This document shows positions 43,601 to 55,624 of a stretch of DNA of 64,000 nucleotides, piece after piece (position 1 is the stretch's first letter; every line of letters begins with the position of its first letter). The notes beneath the pieces were generated by a model, which did not search any database, was not told where the DNA came from, and saw only the letters and a program-made list of their open reading frames with translations. This DNA is from Camelus ferus. Taxonomy: Eukaryota. The stretch covers positions 81,966,001 to 82,030,000 of the forward strand of contig NC_045696.1 in assembly GCF_009834535.1 (NCBI RefSeq). Direction: 5' to 3'. The translations under genes and the position numbers were made by a program.

Positions 43601-46600
43601 TGGGACTGACAACTAAACTGATCTTAATTCCCCAAACATACCCTGCAGTTGTGCAATGCTTGGAATGACCTCCCACCCAACATTATAATCCACCAGACAA
43701 ACCTACTTATCCTTTAAAAGGCTCAAACTTTTCACCATCTAGGAGGGCTTCCCTCACCCCAAACTCCTCCCCAATAGCCACTCTTGCACATACCTTACAT
43801 ACACACACACACTTTTATTAACTCTTCTAAGTTTCTCCTCCAACAAATCTCTTAGTTCTTCACAAGCAGAGCCTTGTACTCTCCAGCTTAGCATCCTCTG
43901 CGCCTACCCTTAGCACCATGTGCCTGGCTTATAGTAGGTATTCAACAACATTTATTAATCTGAATTTAAACACGCTTTGGTAAAATGTGAGATCCTAAAT
44001 AAGACTGGAATTTTTATAATTCATGTTTTAACTAGGCTCATTTCAACCATTAAAAAAAAGACACTCAAGTTACCTTAAAAAGAGGTTTGGGAGCTGTACT
44101 TGAAAGCCATCTAGGAAAATTTTTTCAGGAAAGAGCTGCCTTTTTCTCCTCCGTTTCCTTAGCCCTTTAGTTTGCACATGGGCGGTCCTGGCCTCACTTG
44201 CCTCTCCCTAAACTCTTCAGCTTCAGTCCTCACTGCTAATAAGCAATTTATCTCCATATTATCTAATCCGAACTTCTGAGAGGGCTGTTTTGGTTTTGGC
44301 GCCAGGCCACCATGTCCTTTGTCTCTGGCTGGTAAAGCTACAGCTCAGCTGCCCTGTGGTTAGGTGCCCTACTCCAGAAGCTCCAGGACCAATAACACTA
44401 CCCCAACTCTCAACTGAATATATTATTTTTATTTCCTCAGAACCATTACTCAAGTGTATCGCTAAAATTATTTTGCAATACTTTTAAAAACAAGTCTTGC
44501 CAAGACTTGTTTGCAGTGATAAAAACCCTGCATACTTCATCACTGAACCAGCTATACATTTCCACATATGCCAGGCGTTCATCTCTTCCGATTTGTACAC
44601 ATGCACAGAAAGAATCCTCTGGATTGTCGTAACGGCTCAACAGCAGTGGATTAAGAAGTACTTTCACAAGTTTTTTGCAAAATTTCCCATACGTTTATAG
44701 ACTGTAAAGAAATGAGCAGTTCAGAGATTTCCTTGTTAAATTCTATCCCATAATATCAAGTAACTTCATATAAGGATAGCAACACAATGGCAATCTATCA
44801 CTAACCCACAAAACCTGTTTCTCCTCCTCCAAACTAACACCACTAGGTAATGATTGAAGGAAAGCAGGCCACTCATTGACAAGCTCCCGTGGTGAGGAAA
44901 GAGGAGTACAGGCCAGGAGACAGGCACTCTTAGGTGGTCTCCAATAAAATCAGATTCTCAGTGCTATTAATCTTCTGCGTAAAGACTAGAAGTCTAATTG
45001 AATAATCTGTTATATCTTGGGAGACATCACATTTGCACAAAGAACAAATTTAACAGAATGAGAACACTAAACCCATCATGGAAAGGAGATGGCAATTTAT
45101 TCACTAAAAAATCCTGACTATTCCAAGATTTCAATATTCACTGGAAAGAAGTATTGTTAGAAGGGGATAAGGGTAAAGCTCTCTGATAATGGCCATTCAG
45201 CTGAACGGAAGGAAAAAAAAAACTTTTTCAAATGTAGACTGTCCTTTATATTTCCTGATAGTAAAGGAAGAATTTTCTACTTTAAAATCAGGCAGGTATT
45301 CTAGTTAGCCAACCTGTTTAACTATCCTCATTGGTGACTCATTTTAGTTTCATCTGTAGTAATGAGCAGCTGACTGTGTACATCATACCATCAGTTGAGA
45401 CTATTGTTAATAAACATACAATCTTAACAGACCTAATTTCAGAGGACAGAAATTGGTACAGTTTAGAGAGTGCTGATGTTGTCTTTAAATGAAGCTTGCA
45501 ATGAAGGCACTACTAGAAAGTTTTCATTGGATGAAAGCACTGAAGAGCAAAGGGTTGATTCATTCCTTAGCAGAATTCATAGGTTTTTAGAAACCAAAAT
45601 AAAGGTTAACTTGGATGTCTTAGAAACATTTCAGTCAAGCACTAATAGGTTTATTAAGTCCCTACCCTCCCTTTTCAAAAATAATTGGAGGAATAAGCCA
45701 AGAAAATATATCTATATTCTAAAGTTTCAATTTCTTTCCAAAGGAGACGCTCACAGTGATTTTAATTTATTAACTAGGTCTATTTACATTTGTCAAACTA
45801 ATAAAAGTGGGGAAAAAAAGGAAGCACTAGTTTCTTGATGTTTCATAGTTGGAATTATTGGAAACTAAATTTTAAAAATCAAGAATTTATATTATTTAAA
45901 GTCAGAAAGGTAAACCAGAGAACTAAAAAAATGGTTTAACAATCAAAAATTGAGAGGCATCAGGTGGTGAGGAAGCAAAATGAATGTGCACCCAATTTCT
46001 CATCTTTCAGATGAAGGAATCAATAAATATCACTTAAAGTTGATAAATCAGAAAACAGAAGTATAACTTTTAAAGTAATAAAGGTAACCTCCAGAAGAAC
46101 TGGAAATACACTGCCAACAGTAGTTACCTCTGGAGGTTGGGAAGACTGGATGGGGAACACTTTTTATTTTATACTTCTGTACAATTTGCACTCTCCTACC
46201 ATGTGCGTATATTCATTTTTTAATCTAGCTTTCTAAACTGTCAATAATCAGATACCATTTTAAAAAAGGAAAATGTACTATATTTCATCCTCTGCACCTA
46301 ACAAGTCACAGTCAACTTTCTAAAATACAATGGGTTTTAAAGTGAAATATCTCATCTGTCAAATTAAAGGTAAGGTAATAGGAAGCAAAGCTTTTTTCCC
46401 CACAGTGCTAAGTACATATCATAGCTCTTGTTTTAAAATCAAGACCTCTGTGATCAATTTAAGTAAAAACACTGCTACTATCTGAAATAACTCCTCTGAA
46501 CTACTCCTGAATACAGTCAAGCTAATGAACAGAGAGGTCAGAGACTTCACGGCAGCAACCAAACTAGTAAATCTTTATATCAAATCAATAAAACATTTAG

Positions 46601-47439
46601 GGGTTTCTATTTGCTTTGAAATCAAAACAAGAGAGGCATTTTGAAAGTTTGGTATCTTCACTGATCCTCTCAGGAATGTAAAAGTATGCATTGCAGTTTC
46701 AACCTCCTAGTGCTTGAGTTTTTTTTAAAGGAACTTACTTCTGCTTGGACAAGCAGACAGGCCAAGTGGTCAGGTTTTCTGTTAACTCTTAGTTTCAAAC
46801 CTTTATGCTCACTAACATTTCACCTTTCTAATGCTCCAAAATGTAATTATCTCAAAGAAATTTCAAACCACAGGAATTCAAGAGAAGAGGGACACTTCAA
46901 ATCACTGATTACAGAATATGACCTAACGATTTTAGGACTGGATTATTTCTGGTAACCACAGTAGTTATAACTTAGGTAATAATATGAGTAAAGATCACAG
47001 ATTTAAAAACTGCCTAGGCTCGTCCTCTTCCCGCAATACCTCAACCTATGAGACAGTCCTTGAAGCAACGCTGACAAAGAAGCGTTCACAATTTTTAATT
47101 TACACTACATGTGTAACCTAATCTTGGCGAGACCTAACGTATATCCCTGAAAAGGCATCAAGTTCACTTAAATAATAATTCCTATGGCTAACATACTATC
47201 AGCCTGACCACAGTCCAGATACACGTCGCGAACTCTTCTATGAGATAAAGATAAACCTGACTTAGAGAGCCAGAGGCTTTAGGCCTGCTGGTAATCAAAA
47301 GGGTCATCAAACGGAAGCATTCCTGTCTTCTAAATCCACAGTAAATTTAGTTAACTAAGGCATCACTCAGAATCAATTCTCAACCCCAAACACATCCAGG
47401 CTTAAAGAGACGTAAAGCTCTTGTAAATCTCTTAGCAGG

Positions 47440-48560
47440 CGAGGCTCTCGAACTCACCAGGTGAACCTACTCTTCTCGAAGGCTCCTCCCTCGGACCCTA
47501 CTCTGGACCCTCAGCTGCGCGACTCCCCGACGCCCAGCACTACACCTTGGGGGTGCCCCAATCCAGCGCTCCATGCTCCTCCCCCAACCACTCGGTCCCC
47601 CATCCCGAGTCCCCGGAGTTGCCCGCCCTGATCAACTCTCCCACATCTCCAGCCTCTCACCGGCCCCTCCTCCAGGCCAAGTGGAGCCGGCCTTCCCCCG
47701 CCCTCCCACCGTCACCCCTACCCCACGATACTCACCCGCGGTAGTAGGCTTTCACCCGGACCTGGTGAGAATGGTCCCCGCTGCCGCCGCCTGCGATTGG
47801 GTGAGACATGGTACTGCTGTCTCTCTGGGTCGGCATCTCCTTACACCCCCGCCTCAACGCCGGAGGCCGAGGGTGCGGGGGGCGCGCCAGGCGCGGTCCG
47901 GGACTCCGCAGCCCGAGCCGCTCCCGTAGCCGCGGCTGCCCGCTCGCCTACCTGTCCTCCCCGCCCGCGGCGCGGACCCAAGGGTCGCCTCGCCGGGGCA
48001 GCCGGAACCGCGCGGCTCCTCCCACCGTCCGCGGCGGCCACTGCCTCTACCGCCGCCCGGGCCTAGCACGCCTCCCGCCTCCGCCCCTCCCACCTAGCTC
48101 GCTCCAAAGCCCCACATTCCGGGGGAGGGCGGGTGCAACCATCGATCCAACTCAAGGAACCTCAATGCCCGGCTGAACCATTCTTACGGGGGGCAAAGGT
48201 AAGGGGGAGAGAGGATGGGGACGCTGACCATCACATCAGATACGCCGACAGGGTACCTTTCGTGAAAACTGTGACTGAGGGGATGTGAAGATTCGGGTAA
48301 GTCTAGTTCTGTAAAAGACTCTTCCTACAAGGAAAATGGTAGGGAACTAATGCTGCGGCATCTCACCCCAGTTTCCTAACTTGGTCGCGCCCGCGGTCAG
48401 CCGACTTGGGACCCGGAGTAGGTTCGCCCTGCGGGTTTCTGGGATTTGGAGTCCCCATGGGATTCTGGGACTCGAGGTTCCTTACGCGCAGAGCGCCCCG
48501 CCTTCTCGCTGAAGGTCGATCTTCGGCTTGTGCTCCGGCAGTCGTAGGCGTGGAACTCCT
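47440..48560. promoter_or_regulatory. CpG island / TATA-less PRKCI promoter and GC-rich 5'UTR
   Basis: Dense CpG and high GC around exon 1; GC boxes (CCGCCC ~48081, GGGCGG ~48127); no upstream ATG on the minus strand between 47837 and 48114. Confidence 0.9.
47736..47836 (-). CDS. PRKCI: PRKCI coding exon 1 ([34 protein letters not shown]; start of PB1)
   Basis: ATG at 47836-47834, 101 nt, donor GG|GTGAGT at 47735, inside the CpG island. Confidence 0.96.
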
Positions 48561-48898
48561 AAATCCAGGTTGGGCATCTGAGGGCACTGGAAATGATTGG
48601 GTTTCGTCACGATCTACACTTTGTTCTCTGGTGAATTCTCCCTTCCAATTGCGTGAATCGTCTCAATTATACAGTGCCCTTTTGGGGAAAAGGAATTTGG
48701 TTACAAGCTCAGCATAGTCTCTTTCATGGAAAGAATTTAATATAATGTGTGTAACACATGTAATAATGAATGTAATGAAGGAGGAAACTCAACTAGAAGA
48801 TACGATGACAGAGTGACTTTTCTTCCTTCGCGGCCCCGATATCTTGGTCCTTTTGTATTACCATTGCGTGGAACAAGGGCACAATGAATATTTAGCCA

Positions 48899-48927
48899 AT
48901 CCATCCATCCATCCATCCATCCATCCA
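48899..48927. repeat. (ATCC)n microsatellite
   Basis: About 7 units read directly. Confidence 0.9.
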
Positions 48928-49466
48928 TTAGCATTTGTTTTTGTTAATATCGGTTAACTAAGGATTATAAAGAAAACGTCCTTGCAGTGTAGTCTCTGGC
49001 GTTTCACTGGTCTTGGCTCTATCAAAAAGTGCAAAGACAGAAAGCATGAATCCAGCCCTTCCGAGAGTCCTTCTACCAACACATGCTAAAGGGTTGGAAT
49101 AATCAAAGAAATAACTTGCTTTATTATAATAACATAGGTTTGGGAATTGACTCATCGGAGTTATGTGTGACAGCTTGGTATGATGTTCTTCAACTGCCAC
49201 AAACTTGGATTTTATGTTCTTAATAAAAATCCCCGCTGAAAACTTGGTCCTGATGTTTTTTGCAACATCAGGACCTGCATCAGCGTGTTAAAGACGAATC
49301 AGTTAGCTATGGAATATAAACTTTCCAAAGTGAGACTGAAATTTTAATTGGATTAATGGAAATTTTAGTATGCTTGTGACAAATTTAAAAGATGATGTAA
49401 TGCTCTAGAAAAGGAAATTTATGTTGTATGGAAAATGAAAATTTAAAAAGGTAAAGGTATAATAAA

Positions 49467-49467
<1 letters not shown>

Positions 49468-49502
<35 letters not shown>

Positions 49503-49503
49503 A
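49468..49503. repeat. (TAAA)n microsatellite
   Basis: About 9 units read directly. Confidence 0.9.
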
Positions 49504-49749
49504 GTAAGGTATGAAAAATTTTTCATTTTGAATTCTTATTCCTTAGCAGTTTGAAAAATCCTTCATCGCTGGCCTCATAACATGCTCTGAAGATTATCAT
49601 TGTTTTCAGAGGAGGCTTATTGTTTACTTTGTCATCAACAAGAATCTATAAATATTGATAATTTGCATCAATCCCACCATATAAATACCTTTCCTTTTTC
49701 TGAATGATGAAAGCTGTTACTTGTGATTACCAAGAAAAGCATGACCTTA

Positions 49750-52312
49750 ATTTTTTAATAGTGTTATTGAGGTGTAATTCACATATCATACAATTCATTC
49801 ATTTAAAATGTACAATTCAATAGTTTTTAGTATATTCACACAGTTATGCAATCATTACTACTATCTAATTCCAGACTTTCATCCCCTCAAAAGAAACTAT
49901 GCATGCTTTAGCAGTAACTCCCCATTCTCCTTAGCCTCTGTCAACCACTGGTGTGCTTTCTGACGCTATGAATTTTCCTATTCTGGACATTTCGTATAAA
50001 TGCAATTATATATTGCATAGCCTTTTGTATCTGGCTTCTTTCGCATAATGTTTTCAAGGTTCATTCATGTTGAATCATATGTATATAGTTCTTCATTTAC
50101 TATATGGCTGACTAATACTTCATTGTATGGGTATTCCATACTAATGCTGCTATGAACATTCATGTGTAAGTTTTTGTGTGAAATACGTTTTTAATTCTTT
50201 TGGATATATACCTAAGAGTAGAATTGCTGGGTCAGACAATAATTCTGTATTTAACATCTTAAGGGAATGCCAAACTGTTTTCTAAAGTGGCTATACCATT
50301 TTACTTTTGTACCAGCTGTGTACTAGGGTTCCAATTTCTTTACATCCTTGCCAACACTTGCTATTACCCATCTTCTTTATTATAACAATCCTGGTGGTTG
50401 TGAAAGTGGTATCTCATTGCAGTTTTGATTTGCTTTTCATTAATGACTAACAATGTTGAGCATCTTTTCATGTTTCATTGCCCTTTCTATATTTCCTTTG
50501 GATACATTAATTTAAATCCTTTGGCCGTTTTAAAATTAGGTGATCTGTCTCTTCTCATTAAGTTGTAAGAATTTTTAAATATTCTGGAAATATGTTCCTT
50601 GTTAGATGATTGCAAATATTTTGTCCTTTTCTGTGCATTATCTTCATTTTCTTAGAGGTATCATTTGCAGCGCAAAACTTTTTAATTTTAAGGAAGTCAA
50701 ATGTATCTATTTTGTTATTGTTCCTTATGCTTTTAGTGTTTAAGAAGACTTTGCCTGACCTAGAATCATGAAAATTTACAACTATGTTTCCTTCAAGAAT
50801 TTTATAGTTAAACTCTTATGATCTATGATCTGGGTCTATGATCCATATTGAGTTAATTTTTGTGTGTAGTATAAGTGGTCCACTTTCATTTCTTTGCATG
50901 TAGATATGCAGTTGTCCCAGCACCGCTGAAAAGTCTGGTGAACATTATAGCTAAAAAATGACCATTGGATTGGACTGCAGGACAATTTTATGCTTCAAGG
51001 CATTGTCAAAAACATCGGAGCAGTCAGTTGCCAATTAGCAGAGGCTAACAGCTGGGAGTAATATCAATAAAGGCAAACCAGCCAAACGCTTGATAGAGAG
51101 ATGAGGGAAACAGACAAAGAGAACCTGACTAAAACTATGGTCCCGGCCCAGGGGAAAGACAAGGAGTCAGGGTGACAATGTGTATGCCAAAGCTTCACCC
51201 TCTGAGGAGAGACATTAGTGGGGAAATAGACTCTATTGATCTAGTCTGGCCAACTCACAAATAAACAAGCAAGCAACAAGAAGGACAAACAGCCCTCCAT
51301 CAAGCCTGGATCAGTCTTTGGAGTTGCTACAATGGAGATGTAGGTTTGCAATAAAAAAATTAGGAATCATACAAAGAAAAGGGCAATGGGACCCACACAC
51401 ACAGAAGCTGTCTTTGAGAAGATACATGTGTTGGACTTAGCATGCTGCTAAGACTTCAAAGCAGGTATTATGTTTAAAGAACTAAAGGGAACCATGTTTA
51501 TGAGTATAGATTCATAATTTCTTAATAAAATATTAGCAAATTGAATCTAGCAACATATGAAAAAGGATTATATGTCATAACCAAGAGGGATTTTTCCCAG
51601 GAATGCAAGGTTAGCTTACATCTAAAAATTAATTAATGTAAAAACTCGTATCAATAGAATAAAGCACAAAACCACATGATAGCTCAATAGTCCCAGAAAA
51701 AAGGACTAAACAATCTCACATTATATATATGTATATGTGTGTATATATATATGTATATGTGTGTATATATGTATATGTGTGTATATACATACATACACAC
51801 ACACACACGTATATATAAACAATAGAAGATTACCTAGCCATAAAAAAGAAGGAAAATCCTGCCATTTGAGACAACATGGATGGACCTTGTGGGCATTATG
51901 CCAAGTGAAATAAGTCAGACATAGAAAGACAAATGCCACATAATTGCATATCTGGAATCTAAAAAACCAAACCAAACTAAACTCATAGATCCAGAGAACA
52001 CATTGGTGGTTGTCAGAGGTGAAGCACTGGTGGTGGGTGGGAGAAATGGATGAAGGTGGTACAAGATATAAAGTTCCATATATAAATAAGTCCTGGGGAT
52101 GTAGTGTACAGTATAGTGACTATAGTTATGTATTGTATATTTGAAAGTGGCTAGGAGTAAATCTGGTGTTTTTGACAATGCCCTGAAGCATAAAATTGTC
52201 CCACAGTTCGATCCAATGGTCATTTTTCAGTTACAGTGTTCACCAGTTATGGTTGTTTCATGGAGGAGAGTATACAGGGAACCCCATATATTGCCATTCT
52301 GGACATGCTCTG
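49750..52312. mobile_element. Rearranged L1 cluster (minus 3' part 49750-50925; plus 5'UTR/ORF pieces 50935-51720; plus L1 tail 51815-52160; minus 5' piece 52167-52312)
   Basis: L1 motifs on both strands; 80-bp inverted duplication at the junctions. Confidence 0.7.
51721..51816. repeat. (TA/TG/CA)n compound microsatellite
   Basis: Read directly. Confidence 0.9.
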
Positions 52313-54163
52313 ACATTAATTTTTAAAGCCAGTGTGATGCAATTAAACTAGATGTAAGGCACAAATAGTTAAGCTTATAGGATGATCGGGGCACAGTAGA
52401 AATTGTACAATTTTTAGTAACAAAATGCTGGAAACAATGGAGCCATCTCTTTACTTTAAAGTAAACAGGACTCTGTAAAAGGGTTTAAAAGGAACCTGAC
52501 ATCATATTAATCAGATCTTTGGGAAAATTTGGTTTCCTTTCTACAGACTGAGCTGCTCTAACAAGAAAATATCTAATCAGAATAGGTAAAAGTTTATTAT
52601 CAGTCTTAACTAGCCTCACCAGTGTACCCTGCAGCCAGGATCAAATATGAACATTTGTTTGCCGTGTGCTTTATGTCATCTGATAAATCCTGCTGCCCGA
52701 ACTTTGATGCCTGTTTCTCAACTGAGAATTGTATGATACAGAATGGGAAGTCAATGCGACATTGTGAACAAGCCTCCCACAGCCCATTTTCTTTCTGTTG
52801 TACTTAAAATGGTGCTTACTAATACCTTCAGCTTTAAGTAAGCCTGCCTCCCTTAACCTAGCATTCTTCAGTGGTTTCACAAAGCATGTGATAATGTCAT
52901 TTAAAGGAGAGAAAAGTGTTTAAACTGCAAGTCCTGATCATTTGGAGGGACTTTATGACCTGTGGAGATAAATATTTGGTACTGGGCAGAATTATACTTC
53001 CTTTTGGCTCACTGCAATGACGTTAATAGAAAAAAATTAATTAATGCTCAAATCCACCAGCTTAAGGGATTTAAGATATTTTTGGCCAACATTCTCTCAT
53101 TTTGTCATTATCAGAGTGCTTGTACCAATGTGGAGCAAAGAAATAACCTGTTGGAGAATGGTGAATGAGACAATAAATAGTAGGCACAGGACCTGTGTTA
53201 TCATGTCTTAATAGTATCACATTAATTATTTTGTTTAACCCTCAAGAGCAGAAGCCATGACCCAAACTCCTAATTGGAGTCCTGACAGCTGAGGTTAGTG
53301 AGAGAGGTTATTCTGTTAATTAGCCTTAAGGAGCTGGCGTAGATAGCAAACAATACCCGTGACTCCCTTTCCACCTTCTTTCTCCTGTGCCCTCTCACTG
53401 TCCCATTGACATCACCAACTTTATCTGGGTACTCCCTTCACTCCAGCCACAGAAACTTATTTCCGCTGCAATTCCCCAATCTTACTCCCACACTACAGAT
53501 AATGACATATAGCAGTTTGAGCCTTAATCTGTTTTGCCTTTGAAATAAAATGTCTTCACTTTGAATTTAAAATAATTTTAAAATTCATGTCATATGTTCC
53601 CTAATTATAACAGATTACAGAAAAGGAAGCTCATTTATTGATCCAATGCCAAATATTCCTGGCTTGGGGAATACAGTACCCTCTGCTTAGTCTGAAACGC
53701 CCTCTGTAACTCAGTCCCCATCACTCCTGACCAACTTCCACTCTCCTGTAGAAAACATTTACAAAACTCACCTCTCTTCCCCAGGCTGTTAGATGCCAGT
53801 TTTCTTCGTTTTTTTCCTCTTCCTCTGCTCTATGCTTTGTTTCTGTATCAATTACAGTATGTATTGCACAGTATCATATTTTATTTTCTTGCTGGCATGT
53901 TCATCAGGCTGGAACTGCAATTTGTTCATCTTCACATCCCCAGCACCTAGCACATAATAGGTTCTCAATAATGTCCATTGACACTAAACAATACCACTTT
54001 GCTTCATTTTTCTTATCTATGAGACAAGCATAAACATTTGTTTTATTTGATAAAGATTTCCTGAGGCTGGACTAATTACTTAATTCTTGAAATATAAAGT
54101 AGCTCAGTGTTAATACAAACACTGCGTGAAAGAAGGGTTTCGTCCCCAAGTTTTCCATCATTC

Positions 54164-54375
54164 TTTTTTTAATTTTATTTTTTATTGAAGTGTGGTTGAT
54201 TTACAATGTTAGTTTCAGGTGTCCAGCAAAGCAGTTCAGTTATACATCTACATACATATTTTTATTAAGATTCTTTTCCATTATAGCTTATTACAAGAAA
54301 CTGAATATAGTTCCCCGTGCTATACAGTAGGTCCTTGTTGTTTATTATGTATATAGTAGTGTGTATCTGTTAATC
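54164..54375 (-). mobile_element. Short L1 3'-end insertion
   Basis: Poly(T) followed by TTTATTGAAGTG...TTTACAATGTTAGTTTCAGG...GCTATACAGTAGGTCCTTGTTG. Confidence 0.75.
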
Positions 54376-55542
54376 AAGAAGGGGTTTGTTTTAACAAACC
54401 ATCAAATGGAAAGTTCCATTAAGCAGAGGAGTCAGCAGAAAATATGATAATTATAAAACTTTTACTTAATGAAAGTCACTGAATAGTCGAAGAGTTCTAA
54501 GAAACCTCGACATAATTAATTCCTATGGGGTTAATCGGTGCAGGCACTATACGCTCTCTTTCTTTTCAAGAAAGTTACAACCCGGATAGGATGTCAGGAG
54601 GTACACCAATAAAGGGAAAAAATGCAAAATATAGGAAGCTATGTGCCAATAAGTGACAACGAATAATTGCAGCAACTCATGAGTCCTACTGCATCTTCTT
54701 TAGGAACCAGAAGAACCCACTGTGTCTGGCTTGACTGAAAGGCACAAAGTTGACTAGTAAAATGACAGGTTGAAAAAGCCACTATCAAAAATAGAAACTT
54801 AAAAAAAAATAGAAACTTCTTTTAGAAGTATCATTGTTTAATGATGTTCGCACAACAAATATGCTATCACTAACAGCAATCAACCATTAAGTGTAAGCTA
54901 CCCTCCAGTTTGAAAAGGCAAACCTGTTCTTGAGGACGGCATATCCAATTGAAAATATGAACCTTATCTAATAAATTCTCCCTGCTCCAGCAGCTTACCA
55001 ACCCTGCCTTTGGCCTCCTCCCATAATCTAGTTCTCTCCTCCCCATAAGGTTGCAATGCTTCTCCCCTCTCACAGAGGACTAGCTCATTTTCTCTTCCAC
55101 CTCCACCTACTTCCGGCTGGACTCAAATCTTTTCGTATTGAATTTCTGCTGACCTTGAATTAAACCATATCCTATTTTGGGCCACAGAGAGATCAGGGGG
55201 GAAATCAAAGCTCATCGTCCATAATGATTTCTGGTTGCTTAATCACATGTACACTGTCAAAGGGAACAGCACTCCAGAGATAAAGCTGCCTGTTAGTTCA
55301 CCTGCACACTGTGCTTATCACCCTGTGACTTAGGCACAAGGTATTTTTCTGAACTGGTATGGCTTCCAATTCCGGATAATAACAAATTATGAATCAGCCT
55401 ATAATTAAATTAATAAGGGCTGCAGACACTGAGACTTTTAAAGCAAAGCTGTTGTCTTCATTAGATGTCTCGAGAGCAGGAATCTGATCTTTTAAGTTCT
55501 TTTTGGCACTTAGGAAATTGTTAACTTTTGACAAATATTAAA

Positions 55543-55624
55543 TTTTTTTCCTTAACTGGGGATTGAACCCAGAACTTCATGGACACCAAGCATGTGCTCT
55601 ACCACTAAGTTATACCCCCAACCC
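55543..55624 (-). mobile_element. tRNA-derived SINE (Vic-1-like, short)
   Basis: Reverse complement of the SINE head (CTGGGGATTGAACCCAG...GCTCTACCACT). Confidence 0.75.

Noticed and set aside
47547..48717. Several Pro/Ala/Arg-rich ORFs at the promoter
   Set aside because: Expected by chance in a GC-rich, stop-poor CpG island.
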